Assembly: GCA_039630415.1 (NCBI GenBank)
Contig: JBCNVB010000013.1
Location: 64,001-128,000 of the forward strand
DNA from: a bacterium
Lineage (GTDB): Bacteria > DRYD01
Length of the DNA stretch: 64,000 nt
Direction of reading: 5' to 3'
Shown here: one piece after another, positions 10,635 through 21,080 of the stretch
Position numbering within the stretch: the first letter of the stretch is position 1
How the letters are laid out: every line of letters starts with the position of its first letter
The notes under the pieces: model-generated
The model's database searches: none
The model's input: the letters and a program-made list of their open reading frames with translations, nothing else
Told to the model about the DNA's origin: nothing
Made by a program: the position numbers and the translations under genes

Positions 10635-11189
10635 ATGGCAGCTGAATCTGTAAAAATTCCTCTTGGTACTTCTTTACCTTCTTTTAATCTTTCAGATCCT
10701 TATGGCAAGTATTATACTGAAAAAGATTTGATGGGACAAAAGGGGTTAGTAGTAATTTTTACATGTAATCATTGTCCTTATGCACAGGCGGTTTGGCCTA
10801 GAACTATTGAGTTATACCATAAAGTAAAGGATAAGGGTGTAAATTTTGTAGCTATCAATCCCAATGCTCCTAATCCAAATTATCCTGAGGATAGCCCAGA
10901 AAAAATGAAAGAATATATCCAAAAATTGAATATACCATTTCCTTATTTGGTTGACTCTACTCAGGAAGTAGCGAGAAAGTTTAATGCTCAATGTACACCT
11001 GATATATATCTTTATAATGCTCAGGGACAGTTGGTTTACCATGGAAGATTTGATGATAATTGGAAAGATCCTCAAAAAGTTACAAAAAAAGATTTAGAAG
11101 AAGCGATAAATAATCTAATAGAAGGAAGACCGATAAATTCTGAACAGTATCCTTCTATTGGTTGCTCAATAAAGTGGACTAATTCTTGA
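10635..11189 (+). CDS. Thioredoxin-fold AhpC/TSA-like redoxin
   Basis: FTCNHCPY, YPEDSPEKM, AQCTPD, YHGRFDD, SIGCSIKW. Confidence 0.88.
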   Translation: MAAESVKIPLGTSLPSFNLSDPYGKYYTEKDLMGQKGLVVIFTCNHCPYAQAVWPRTIELYHKVKDKGVNFVAINPNAPNPNYPEDSPEKMKEYIQKLNIPFPYLVDSTQEVARKFNAQCTPDIYLYNAQGQLVYHGRFDDNWKDPQKVTKKDLEEAINNLIEGRPINSEQYPSIGCSIKWTNS

Positions 11190-11202
11190 AAGTAAGCTAT
11201 CT

Positions 11203-11237
11203 TAGCTCCATGGGGGTATTTAACCCCCCATGGGCTA
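11203..11237. terminator. Stem-loop between convergent genes (probable intrinsic terminator)
   Basis: TAGC(T)CCATGGGGG...CCCCCATGGGCTA inverted repeat, GC-rich in an AT-rich background. Confidence 0.75.
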
Positions 11238-11278
11238 CAAAAACTCAACTTGTGCTAAGCTAATAACTAAAAAACTAA

Positions 11279-12067
11279 TTAGTCTTGTTTTTGATAGGAA
11301 GAGGGTATAGTGAAATATCTATCGCTATAGTCTACCACCTTTATACCGGTTAATCTCTCTTGATATACTATTTTTTGGTATTGATTTTGTCCGTAAAACC
11401 TATATTCTAGGATTATGCTATCGGGAAGGATTTGCGAATTATTTTGAATTAGGGAGTGGTTTGTTATTTCTCTTAGGGGTGTATTATATTTCAGTAAAAT
11501 GTCAGTATGTTTTTCGTCTAGAATGTAGTTGATAGGTGCTGATATTATTTCTAGTAGAAGATTTATATTTTCTTCTTTTATATATCCGCGTATTTTTTGA
11601 GCTTTTATTAGGGAGTTGTTATAGTTATATTCTAATTCTTGGATGGATAAGCTAGACTGATTTTTATCGAGAGATTCTTTTTTGGATTTTTCTGGAATTG
11701 AATAGGAATCTATTATTTCTTGCAGAGATGCTTTGTTTGGGAAAATTTTATACTTCTTTTGGTTGTGATCTATGACGTAGTATTCTGATGGCTTAAGTAT
11801 TATTGAGCCAGATTGCCTTTGTTTGGTATTATTTTTATCATTCGAGTAAAATATTTCTACGTCTATCTTTACTTTTTCTTCTGATAAGAAGAAGAACATT
11901 CTAACATTTTTAGATTCTACGTTTTTACTACTTTGATTTGCTAGTGTTATGTCTTTTATGATAAGAGGTATTTTTGTATTGTTTTCTGTTTGAGTTTGCT
12001 GAATCATTGTAAGGATTAAAAATAGTATGCATAGGGTTGTGATTATGAGCTGTTTACTTGTTTTCAT
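11279..12067 (-). CDS. Hypothetical exported protein
   Basis: 262-aa ORF, AGGAGG RBS, N-terminal hydrophobic helix. Confidence 0.75.
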   Translation of the reverse strand: MKTSKQLIITTLCILFLILTMIQQTQTENNTKIPLIIKDITLANQSSKNVESKNVRMFFFLSEEKVKIDVEIFYSNDKNNTKQRQSGSIILKPSEYYVIDHNQKKYKIFPNKASLQEIIDSYSIPEKSKKESLDKNQSSLSIQELEYNYNNSLIKAQKIRGYIKEENINLLLEIISAPINYILDEKHTDILLKYNTPLREITNHSLIQNNSQILPDSIILEYRFYGQNQYQKIVYQERLTGIKVVDYSDRYFTIPSSYQKQD

Positions 12068-12185
12068 CTATTTTTACCTCCTGTAGTGTACCTAATATTT
12101 ATTTTGACTTTTTAGGTTAAAACTACTTCTTAAGAGTGAGTTAAAATGATGGAGGAATTACAGAGTAAGAGGGGTACTGTTAAGA

Positions 12186-13256
12186 GTGTTGAAGATTTTG
12201 TATGTGAGTAATATTTTATGGTCAATTTTTTTACTTCTTGTATTCTTAGTGGTTGCTTTTAGTATTAGAGAATTGATTTTAAGACTTATCTCAAGATTTT
12301 CAAAAAACGATAAAAGTATTGTTGATTCTTTTAGATTTTTTTCGTTTTTGTGGATTATTACTATTTGTTTTATTTTTATTATTAGTTTGGGTAAGTCTTC
12401 AATTTCACTACTTGGTTTGAGTGATAAAATTGTGAATAATATTGGGAGTGTTTTAGTTTCATTTGAGAGATTTTTTATATTTGTTTTGATTGTTAGTTTT
12501 TACCTTTACGTTGCGGATGTGATTATTTTTCTACTTAAGAAAAAATTGAATGAATTGGAAACTCCATTACCCAACTTGGGGATATTTTATAATTTATTGA
12601 AAATATTGATTGGTTTAATTGGTCTTATAACAGGTTTATGGTATTTGAATATTCCAATAACTCCATTAATTACTACTCTTGGGATTGGGGGATTTGCTAT
12701 TTCATTGGCTCTTCAGGGAGTTTTATCTAATTTTTTTGCCGGTATGAATATCGTTCTTTCAAGGATAATATACAAAGGAGACTATATTAAAATTGATAAC
12801 CTGTATGAAGGGTACGTAGAGGATATATCATGGTTTAGTACAAAGTTAATTACCAAAGAAAAAAATGAAATAATGGTTCCCAATTCTAAAATAATTAACT
12901 CTGTTGTCATCAACTATAAAGATCCTTCCTATAGATACAAAATTAATATACCTTTGAGCTTAAGCTATGAGTGTGATTTAGATAAAGTAGAAGAGATAAC
13001 TATGAAAATTGCAAGGCAGATACAAAAAACTGTTGTTGGAGCTAATCCAGATTTTGAACCTATCATAAGGTTTTCTTCTTTTTGTGATTACTCTATTAAC
13101 ATGAATGTAATTCTTGAGGTAACTAATCCAGAATATCAGTTTACTATCATTCATGAATTCATAAAAGCTCTTAGGAGAGAATATGAGAAGCAAAATGTGA
13201 AGGTAGATATAGGTTTTAGGGGTATTTATAAAAAAGAGAGGATTAAAAAAGAGTAG
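12186..13256 (+). CDS. Small-conductance mechanosensitive channel (MscS family)
   Basis: Multiple TMs; LGIGGFAISLALQGVLSNFFAG, KGDYIKI, EGYVEDISWFSTKL, VPNSKI. Confidence 0.92.
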   Translation: MLKILYVSNILWSIFLLLVFLVVAFSIRELILRLISRFSKNDKSIVDSFRFFSFLWIITICFIFIISLGKSSISLLGLSDKIVNNIGSVLVSFERFFIFVLIVSFYLYVADVIIFLLKKKLNELETPLPNLGIFYNLLKILIGLIGLITGLWYLNIPITPLITTLGIGGFAISLALQGVLSNFFAGMNIVLSRIIYKGDYIKIDNLYEGYVEDISWFSTKLITKEKNEIMVPNSKIINSVVINYKDPSYRYKINIPLSLSYECDLDKVEEITMKIARQIQKTVVGANPDFEPIIRFSSFCDYSINMNVILEVTNPEYQFTIIHEFIKALRREYEKQNVKVDIGFRGIYKKERIKKE

Positions 13257-13280
13257 AAAAATATTTAGGAGGTAAATTGC

Positions 13281-14747
13281 ATGAAAATAAAAATCTGCTC
13301 ATGTAGTAACTGTCTTTATAAAGGTATTAGCTATGAGGGTTTTGAAGTTGAAAGATGTGGTTGTTTAGGACTCTGTGGTTTCGGACCTATCGGTATAATC
13401 GATTCTAAACTTATTCCAATTAACAATAGATTACTCAATCAGATCAGAAATGATCCAACTATCGTAAACAATATTGAGAGTCTTAACTTTGATAAACATA
13501 ATAAAATTATAATGAAGAATAATGATGTAGTAGATCCTGAGGATATAGACAGTTACATAGCTGTTGGTGGGTTTAAAGCCTTAGGTATTGCGTTAGATAG
13601 AGGTGGTGAATGGGTTATTAAGCAAATAGAGTTGAGTGGGTTAAAAGGGAGAGGTGGCGCAGCTTTTCCTACTTTTACTAAGCTCAAGATGGTAAGAGAA
13701 CAGCCGGAAAAGCCAAAGTATGTTGTAGCTAATCTTGAAGAAGGTGAAGTAGCTTCATTTAATAACACTATTCTTGCAGAGTCCAACCCTTTCTGTATTG
13801 TTGAGGGTATGATCATAGCTGCTTTTGCGGTAGGAGCAACTTATGGTTACATTTTCGTAAATAATAAAGCTAAGCTAGCTATAAAAAGATTGCAAAAAGC
13901 TATAGAAGATGCTAGAAGAAAAGGTTATTTAGGTAAAATTTCAGATGATTTTGAATTCGATATAGAAATAAGAAGATCTCCAAGTGCTTACATAGCTGGT
14001 GAAGAAACAGCAATGCTAGAAGTTATAGAAGGTAAAAAAGCTTTTCCTCGTAACAAACCACCTTTCCCTGTTACTAAAGGTCTTTTTATGAAACCTACTC
14101 TTATAAATAATGTAGAAACCTTGGCTGCAATACCTCATATAATAACTAACGGTTATGAATACTATACTTCTTTTGGTTGTGAGGGTTCATTTGGAACTAA
14201 AATGATATCTTTAACTGGCAATGTTAACAATCCTTGCGTTAATGAGGTTCCTTTTGGTATTAGTATAGCTGATATAGTTCAAAAAATAGGTATGGGTTAT
14301 AGAGAGGAAAACAAGGGGTTTTTAGTTGGTGGACCTTCGGGTGGAATTATATCACAAGAACTTGAAAATACACCCTATACCTATCAGGATATAGCAAAAA
14401 CTGGAGCTATGGTGGGAAGTGGAGGAATGTACGTAATACCCAAAAGTTTATGTATTCCTGAATTTGTATGGTATTTAATGAATTTCTTTAAGGATGAAAG
14501 TTGTGGACAATGTATTCCATGTAGAGTAGGAACGGTTAAACTTACTGGAATTTTGCAGAACCTTATGTATGGAAAGGATTTACCTTCTAATCTGGACGAG
14601 ATTAATGACTTTATTATGAATGTAAGTTTATGTGGATTAGGTCAGGCAGCTCCTATACCTTTAATCACAGCAATGAAATACTTCCCAGAAGAATTCGTAG
14701 CCGAAAACTTTAAAAAGAAAAGTAGTACTCTAGTTTCAAAAACATAG
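13281..14747 (+). CDS. NuoF/HydB-like FMN/NADH-binding Fe-S flavoprotein with a short N-terminal 2Fe-2S-like domain
   Basis: SGLKGRGGAAFPT, GEETAML, PTLINNVET, GGPSGG, ESCGQCIPCRVG, SLCGLG. Confidence 0.88.
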   Translation: MKIKICSCSNCLYKGISYEGFEVERCGCLGLCGFGPIGIIDSKLIPINNRLLNQIRNDPTIVNNIESLNFDKHNKIIMKNNDVVDPEDIDSYIAVGGFKALGIALDRGGEWVIKQIELSGLKGRGGAAFPTFTKLKMVREQPEKPKYVVANLEEGEVASFNNTILAESNPFCIVEGMIIAAFAVGATYGYIFVNNKAKLAIKRLQKAIEDARRKGYLGKISDDFEFDIEIRRSPSAYIAGEETAMLEVIEGKKAFPRNKPPFPVTKGLFMKPTLINNVETLAAIPHIITNGYEYYTSFGCEGSFGTKMISLTGNVNNPCVNEVPFGISIADIVQKIGMGYREENKGFLVGGPSGGIISQELENTPYTYQDIAKTGAMVGSGGMYVIPKSLCIPEFVWYLMNFFKDESCGQCIPCRVGTVKLTGILQNLMYGKDLPSNLDEINDFIMNVSLCGLGQAAPIPLITAMKYFPEEFVAENFKKKSSTLVSKT

Positions 14748-14762
14748 GTTTCAGGGACGTAA

Positions 14763-15371
14763 ATGGATTACTTTTATCCTGAAATATCCAGACTTATAGA
14801 GGTTTTACAAAAACTTCCTTTAGTTGGACCCAAAACTTCAGAAAAAGTAGCTTTCTTCATAATCGATTCACCTAACGAATTAGTAGAAGAAATCATAGAG
14901 TCTATCAAAAATGTAAAGGAAAATATTGTTAAATGTTCCAGGTGTTTTTCGTTAACTGCTATCCCAAATAACCCTTGCTCTATTTGCATAGACCAAAATA
15001 GAGAACCTATCTTATGCGTGGTTGAGAATTTCTATGATCAAATGATTATTGAAAGATACGGTATTTTTAGTGGTAAATATCATGTTTTGGAAGGACTAAT
15101 AGATCCAATAGAAGGGAAAACACCTGATAAAATAAGGATAAAAGAGCTTTTAAGAAGAATATCAAGTGAAAGTATAAAAGAGCTGATATTTGCAATACCT
15201 TCTTCTATAGAGGGTGATATGACTGTTGAGTATATAACATCCAAAGTTAAGGAAATAAATGATTCAATTACAATATCTAGACTTGCCGTGGGTATCCCCG
15301 CTGGTAGTACGATAGAAAATATAGATAAGGTTACACTGATTAATGCTATACATAATAGAAAGCCGGTTTAA
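14763..15371 (+). CDS. recR: Recombination mediator RecR
   Basis: LPLVGPKTSEK HhH, CSRC...CSIC zinc finger, Toprim region GKYHVLEG, SRLAVGIP. Confidence 0.93.
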   Translation: MDYFYPEISRLIEVLQKLPLVGPKTSEKVAFFIIDSPNELVEEIIESIKNVKENIVKCSRCFSLTAIPNNPCSICIDQNREPILCVVENFYDQMIIERYGIFSGKYHVLEGLIDPIEGKTPDKIRIKELLRRISSESIKELIFAIPSSIEGDMTVEYITSKVKEINDSITISRLAVGIPAGSTIENIDKVTLINAIHNRKPV

Positions 15372-15399
15372 ATAGTGAAATTAATTCTAAAATTCTTCA

Positions 15400-16188
15400 A
15401 TGGTTCGTAATGGTGAGATCGTAAAATTGATTAATATAAATGATCTAACAAAATTTTACCTCAGAAAAATTGTTAAGGATTTTACAACGTTTGAAGATCA
15501 TAGGGGTAATCGTATTCTCGCAAATGATCTGATTGGTAAAAACTACGGAACAATTGTTGGTAATTATGTAGTTGTTAAACCATCAATAGAGGACTTCATT
15601 TTATACTATTGGAAAAGAAAAACGCAGATAGTATATCCTAAGGACGCGGGGTATATTGTTACCAAAGTTGGAGAGCTAAGAAATAAAAAAGTTTTAGAGA
15701 TTGCTACTGGTAGTGGGGTTATGTCTCTGTTTTGGGCAAAGAGTGTTTATCCGAATGGAAAAGTTTTCTCAATCGACAAAAATTATAGTTTTATAAAGAA
15801 CGCTTATTGTAATATTAAGGATTTTGACTTTACTTTTGAAACTGATTATCTGAGTGTTATAAAGTTTTTTGTTTCACAGGATATATATTTTTTCAGTAGC
15901 AAAGGCTCAGAAGATAGTTTTTTCGATGTAGTTTTTCTTGATGTTCCTGTATTTGAAAACTTTGTAGATATGGTTTATAATTATCTGCTTAGTGGGGGAT
16001 ATTTAGTTTCTGTTTTGCCTACGACAAACCAGGTAGTTTCTCTGATTGGTAAAATTAAAAAAGGGTTTGTAGATATTCAAGTTGAGGAAATTATTTTAAG
16101 AAAGTATAAAGTTAATCCCGATAGGTTTAGACCTGTAGATACTATGGTTGCACATACTGCTTATATTATATCTGCTAAGAAAACTTAA
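15400..16188 (+). CDS. trmI: tRNA (adenine-N1, A58) methyltransferase
   Basis: KRKTQIVYPKDAG, EIATGSG, FLDVP, PTTNQV, RPVDTMVAHTAYI. Confidence 0.88.
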   Translation: MVRNGEIVKLININDLTKFYLRKIVKDFTTFEDHRGNRILANDLIGKNYGTIVGNYVVVKPSIEDFILYYWKRKTQIVYPKDAGYIVTKVGELRNKKVLEIATGSGVMSLFWAKSVYPNGKVFSIDKNYSFIKNAYCNIKDFDFTFETDYLSVIKFFVSQDIYFFSSKGSEDSFFDVVFLDVPVFENFVDMVYNYLLSGGYLVSVLPTTNQVVSLIGKIKKGFVDIQVEEIILRKYKVNPDRFRPVDTMVAHTAYIISAKKT

Positions 16189-16771
16189 GTTTAGTCAATT
16201 CATAGTAATCTTTCTGGTAGGGTATTCCTACTAAGAATAGTTCCTGCTCATGGTAAATTAGTTGTAGGTTCTTATTTTTGGTTTTAGCTTTGTATTCTAA
16301 GTAAGTTTCTTTTAGTTTGGGGTTAAGGATATACATTTTTTGATTTTCTGAGCCTTTCCAGATGAGTTCTGATTCGAGTCCCCATATGAATGGTCCGTCG
16401 ATAATTACATCTACTAAATTTTTCAATTGTTCCCATATTAGGGGATTTTTATTTTTGTATTCTCGTAAATTATATCCTGTGTATAAAAGAATGTCTTTTT
16501 TTGTTGGTTTTACAAGCTTTAATAATTCGATTAGTTGTTGTGCTTGGTCGAGTGGTTCTCCTCCGGAGATTGTTAGTTTATCTGTTGGGTAGGAGTTTAT
16601 TATTTCGGATAGGGTGTGGATGCTAATTTTATGTTTTGGTAAGGGGTACCAGGTATGTTGAGAGATGCAATTTTTGCATTTTATTGAGCATCCTTGGGTC
16701 CATAGTCCTGCTCTTATACCAGGTCCCAGGGTATGTATGGGATAGTATACTAAGCTCACATACATGTACAT
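16175..16771 (-). CDS. Radical SAM activating-enzyme family protein (NrdG-like)
   Basis: LGPGIR...WTQGCSIKCKNC (CxxxCxxC), TISGGEP, YTGY, DVIIDGPF, GSENQ. Confidence 0.85.
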   Translation of the reverse strand: MYMYVSLVYYPIHTLGPGIRAGLWTQGCSIKCKNCISQHTWYPLPKHKISIHTLSEIINSYPTDKLTISGGEPLDQAQQLIELLKLVKPTKKDILLYTGYNLREYKNKNPLIWEQLKNLVDVIIDGPFIWGLESELIWKGSENQKMYILNPKLKETYLEYKAKTKNKNLQLIYHEQELFLVGIPYQKDYYELTKLKFS

Positions 16772-16787
16772 GGCTTTTGTACATAGC

Positions 16788-17678
16788 TTATTTTAGCACG
16801 TTTACTTTATGTAAAATTTGGTTTGTTATTTGACTATCTTGGCAGTCTTGCAGATAAAGTAGAGCACATTTTTTAGCTAGGTTTCTGATATCAATAAGTT
16901 TTTTTGATCTTTCGATCGGTCCTATTGCATTTCTTGAATCTAATAGGTTAAATACGTGTGACATTTTGAGTACAAAATCGTATGCGGGATAGTATAAATT
17001 TTCTGATATTAATTTCTGTGCTTCTTCATAGTACAATTCGTAGAGTTTTTTGAGAACATCAACATTTGCTTTGTCTAGGTTGTAATATGAAAATTGTACT
17101 TCTTGGTTATAGTATAGATCTTTGTAAGAAGTATCATTTTTCCATTTTATATCCCAAATTTTGTTCTTATCTTGTACAAACATTGCGATTCTTTCAATTC
17201 CATAGGTTATTTCTACGGGTATTTTTTTTAGTTCTATGCCTCCCATGAGTTGGAAGTAGGTAAATTGAGTAATTTCCATTCCATCGAGCCATACTTCCCA
17301 TCCTATACCCCATGCTCCCAGAGATGGTGACTCCCAATTATCTTCTATGAATCTGAGATCGTGTTTATGGATATCTATATCCAGGTAGGAAAGACTTTTT
17401 ATGTAAATATCTTGTATGTCATCTGGAGTTGGTTTGATGATAACTTGGTATTGGAAGTAGTGTTGTAATCGGTTGGGGTTTTGGGCGTATCTACCATCTG
17501 TTGGTCTTATGGAGGGTTCTATATATGCTACTTTCCATTCGTTTTCATCTAAACTTTTGAAGAAGGTAAGTGGGTTCATGGTTCCAGCACCAACTTCGGT
17601 ATGGTAAGGAGTACCTATTATACATCCCTGATCTGACCAATATTCGTTTAGTTTTTGTATTATTGTTTGGAAGTCCAT
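16788..17678 (-). CDS. glyQ: Glycine--tRNA ligase alpha subunit
   Basis: EVGAGT, RPTDGRY..NPNRLQHYFQYQV, EDNWESPSLGAWG, EITQFTYFQ, EITYGIER. Confidence 0.96.
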   Translation of the reverse strand: MDFQTIIQKLNEYWSDQGCIIGTPYHTEVGAGTMNPLTFFKSLDENEWKVAYIEPSIRPTDGRYAQNPNRLQHYFQYQVIIKPTPDDIQDIYIKSLSYLDIDIHKHDLRFIEDNWESPSLGAWGIGWEVWLDGMEITQFTYFQLMGGIELKKIPVEITYGIERIAMFVQDKNKIWDIKWKNDTSYKDLYYNQEVQFSYYNLDKANVDVLKKLYELYYEEAQKLISENLYYPAYDFVLKMSHVFNLLDSRNAIGPIERSKKLIDIRNLAKKCALLYLQDCQDSQITNQILHKVNVLK

Positions 17679-17681
17679 TTT

Positions 17682-18659
17682 TCACTCCTTGTTTTTCAGG
17701 CTTTCTTTTACAAATATCAGATCTTCTATTAGTTTGGATACACTTTTATATCTTCTTTCTGGTTTTTTTTCGATGCATTTCATAATGATCTTTTCAAGTT
17801 GGGTTGGTATTTGAGGATTTATAAGGGTTGGTAGGGTTGGTGTTTCTTTCATATGTTTTATTATTACTTCACTGGCATTTCCTTCGAAAGGGAGTTTGCC
17901 TGTAAATATTTCATACATTGTTATTCCTAGGGAGTATATATCTATTTTGGGGTCAGTATAAACTCCTTCAAACAATTCGGGAGCCATATAGGAGGGTGTT
18001 CCTAGTATTTGTCCAGCATATGTTATTGGTTTCCAATAAACTATCCTCGATATTCCTAGGTCTGTTAATTTGGAGTTTTTTATGTTAGTATGTACTAGTA
18101 TGTTTTCAGGTTTTATATCTCTGTGTATTATGCCTTTATTGTGGAGGTAATTTAATGCGTTGGAGATAGCTAAGATTACGTCTATTTTTTGGATAAGAGT
18201 TAGGTCATGGTATACTTCGTCTAGAGTTTTACCTTCGACATACTCGAGTATGAGATAAGGTTTGCCTTCATGTTCTCCGTAGTCAAATATTTGAACTATG
18301 TTTACATGTTTTATTTGTTTTAGGATTTCAACTTCTCTTTTGAATCTTTCGAGTAGTTCTGGATCTTCGGATTGGAATAATTTAGCTGCATAGAGTTTAT
18401 TGTCTTTTTCTACGAGATATACCTTGCTTGTAGCTCCTTGTCCTAATACTTTTATTACTTTATATTGCCCTATATATTTTCCTGATCCTGTGGGTTTTGT
18501 AGAGGGGGTACTAGAAAATGTTGAGGTATTTTTTGACTGTTTTATTGAGGATTGTAATTCTTGTTTTTGTTTACTTGTTTTTAGCTTAGTAATCAATAAA
18601 TAGAGTATTACTAAGATGGCTACTATTGAGATTGTTGTTAGCAGTATTGTATTATCCAT
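17682..18659 (-). CDS. Hanks-type Ser/Thr protein kinase with an N-terminal TM anchor
   Basis: LGQGATSKVY, AAK, HRDIKPEN, DLG, GTPSYMAPE, DIYSLG. Confidence 0.93.
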   Translation of the reverse strand: MDNTILLTTISIVAILVILYLLITKLKTSKQKQELQSSIKQSKNTSTFSSTPSTKPTGSGKYIGQYKVIKVLGQGATSKVYLVEKDNKLYAAKLFQSEDPELLERFKREVEILKQIKHVNIVQIFDYGEHEGKPYLILEYVEGKTLDEVYHDLTLIQKIDVILAISNALNYLHNKGIIHRDIKPENILVHTNIKNSKLTDLGISRIVYWKPITYAGQILGTPSYMAPELFEGVYTDPKIDIYSLGITMYEIFTGKLPFEGNASEVIIKHMKETPTLPTLINPQIPTQLEKIIMKCIEKKPERRYKSVSKLIEDLIFVKESLKNKE

Positions 18660-19398
18660 TAGTGTTTGTAGTTTTTTGTATTTTTTGTTTGATGCTATTC
18701 AAGATGGAATATAGGTATTTGCGTGATATATTCAGTTTTTGTGCTATCATTGTTTTAGTAATATCCTCGAAGAACAGGAATTTTATTACTTTTTTTTCGA
18801 TTTCAGAAAATTTGGACATGATTTGTTCAAGGAATATTTTGTCTTCTATGGGTAGATCTAGGTCTTTATGTTTTTTTGATCTTATTACTGAAACATCTAT
18901 ATTTTCTTTTTGTGGCAGTGAGAGGATTTCTTTTACAGCTGTTTCTGTTATGTTAAATTTTTCTGATATTTCGCTGATTGTTGCATTGGGTTTTAAAGAT
19001 ATGTACTTTTGTATTTGGTAGTACAATTTTCTTATTGTTTTTGGAATTTTTATGATGTCTTGTCTCATTACATAGTTTTTTATTTCTTTTTCTATGTAGC
19101 AGAGGATGAATGGAGTGGGATCTTCATAAGTTTCCTGGTAATTTTGAAGTGCCTTTATAATTGCTAGTATTGCTATTTGTTTTATGTCTTCTTTGTCGAA
19201 GGTATGATATTTATAAGCCAGTTTATTTATGTAATTTTCGAATAGAGGTATTATTTGTTGGCAGAGTATCTTGTCTCTGTTTTCTTTTTCTTCCTGTTTG
19301 TATTTTTTGACTATTTCTTTTAGGGTTCGTGGAGGTGATTCTTGTTCTATGAAAATGTCGTATAGGACTAAGGTTGCTTTTTTAGATTTATTTACCAT
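18652..19398 (-). CDS. Alternative sigma-70 factor (group 3, SigB/SigF/FliA-like)
   Basis: Region 2 EDIKQIAILAIIKA...YIEKEIKNYVMRQDIIKIPK; region 3 and region 4 HTH IAQKLNISRKYL. Confidence 0.8.
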   Translation of the reverse strand: MVNKSKKATLVLYDIFIEQESPPRTLKEIVKKYKQEEKENRDKILCQQIIPLFENYINKLAYKYHTFDKEDIKQIAILAIIKALQNYQETYEDPTPFILCYIEKEIKNYVMRQDIIKIPKTIRKLYYQIQKYISLKPNATISEISEKFNITETAVKEILSLPQKENIDVSVIRSKKHKDLDLPIEDKIFLEQIMSKFSEIEKKVIKFLFFEDITKTMIAQKLNISRKYLYSILNSIKQKIQKTTNTNG

Positions 19399-19462
19399 CC
19401 TAGGTATATATTCTATTTAGTATGTTTTTTTCCCTACCATATTTGGATTGATATTTTGGTTT

Positions 19463-20944
19463 TTATTTTCTTACTGCAATTGCTGCTGGTGTGGAGAATA
19501 AACCTGGGATTGTTGTTGCTACTACTGCATTTTTTGATAGGTCTACTACATTTACTCTTTTAGCAACTTTACATGATACATACATTTTATTACCTGATGG
19601 ATCTATTCCCATATAAGTTGGTCCTTCATTTGTTTGTATGTTAGCTATTATTTTACTTGATAAAACTTCTATAACACTTACTGTATTTGAGCCCTCGTTT
19701 GAAACATATACCCATCTAAGTGATGGATGAACCACTATTTTGCAAGGTTTATAACCGGTTTTAAATTTTCCTACTTCTCTGTTGTTTCTTGCATCTACTA
19801 ATGATACTGTATTATCGTTGTAGTTTGCTACGTAAACTCTTACTCCATCTGGTGTGGCTACTCCTAATGGTTGCGAGCCAACTTTTAGAGTATTAAGGAC
19901 TTGTAAGGTTTTTGGATCTAGTGTTAATAAATATCCGCTTGAAGTATCTCCATATGAGACAAATAATTTTTCGTTTAGTGGGCATATTGCTATCCCATTA
20001 GGTTGAAGCAATCCTAGTTTAGAGGTTTTGGGGTTTTTATGAAATTCTATTGCCTTTGTTGGGAAATCTTTTGTAGAATCTAGCATAATTAGTTTGGGAT
20101 TAGGGCCCATCAAAGTTACGTATATGTAGTTTGGACTTACTGTAATATCCGATGGGATTGAATCATTGGATAGAGAAAAATTATTCATTACTTTGTTATT
20201 ATTTTCTGGAGATATTACATAGAAGTTAGATTTATAATCGAGTGCGTAAAGTTTTTTGTAAGAAGGATGAAAAGATATTAGGTGAGCTCTAGCATCGAGT
20301 TTAACGATAGCTTTTATTTTCCCATCAGTATGAGTACTCATGATTGATAGAGCATTAACTGCATTATACATCATGACGGCATCTTGTCCATAGCTTGAGA
20401 AATACTTTCTATCTGCGTATTCTAGGGGGTTGTGTCCGTATTGGATTGCTGCCATATCTGGAACATCTTCAGGACCGGCTGAATGAGGTATTCCTCCAGG
20501 AGCATCGCTATCTGAAGGAAAAGCTATGTAAACCTTATCTGTTTGTGGATTATAATTCATTCCCACTGTTGAAGAATCTATATTGCCTACTTTTTCTGGT
20601 TCTAGTATTACGTTTACGATCTTAACTTCGCCACTATTAAGTTGAATTTGAATTATTTGGGTTTTAAATTGTGGTTTTGAGATTGTAAGTTTGTACTGTC
20701 CTGGGGGTAGGTTAATAAATTCAAACGATGCTGATGAGGTAGTTACGTACTGTTGTGGCATACCTGGAGTTGGACTTATTGGTTCAAGGTAAAGAAGTAC
20801 TCCTATGCCGGGTTCTGCGCCTGTACCTACGCCAGGTGATATCGAATAATTAAGTATAACGTTTCCTCTTATTTGTCCTAGATTATTCGACGCTTCCAAA
20901 CTAATCAGTAGCAAAGTTAAAATTACTAGGATAATCTTTGCCAC
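19463..20944 (-). CDS. Exported protein with a carboxypeptidase-regulatory-like domain plus a YVTN/YncE beta-propeller
   Basis: Signal peptide; NLPPGQYKLTISKPQF; repeats VYVANYNDNTVSLVD and VYVSNEGSNTVSVIE; GGAGG RBS. Confidence 0.82.
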   Translation of the reverse strand: MAKIILVILTLLLISLEASNNLGQIRGNVILNYSISPGVGTGAEPGIGVLLYLEPISPTPGMPQQYVTTSSASFEFINLPPGQYKLTISKPQFKTQIIQIQLNSGEVKIVNVILEPEKVGNIDSSTVGMNYNPQTDKVYIAFPSDSDAPGGIPHSAGPEDVPDMAAIQYGHNPLEYADRKYFSSYGQDAVMMYNAVNALSIMSTHTDGKIKAIVKLDARAHLISFHPSYKKLYALDYKSNFYVISPENNNKVMNNFSLSNDSIPSDITVSPNYIYVTLMGPNPKLIMLDSTKDFPTKAIEFHKNPKTSKLGLLQPNGIAICPLNEKLFVSYGDTSSGYLLTLDPKTLQVLNTLKVGSQPLGVATPDGVRVYVANYNDNTVSLVDARNNREVGKFKTGYKPCKIVVHPSLRWVYVSNEGSNTVSVIEVLSSKIIANIQTNEGPTYMGIDPSGNKMYVSCKVAKRVNVVDLSKNAVVATTIPGLFSTPAAIAVRK

Positions 20945-21080
20945 TGTAAAACCACCTCCTTATCTTTAAGATTTGTATTAATATTTCTATTTAGAATCTC
21001 CCTGTTGTATAATTTGTTTTCTATACCTTTTTGTCCTATGAAGGATATCGTGTCGGATTTATAGAAAAAAAGTAGCAGGT

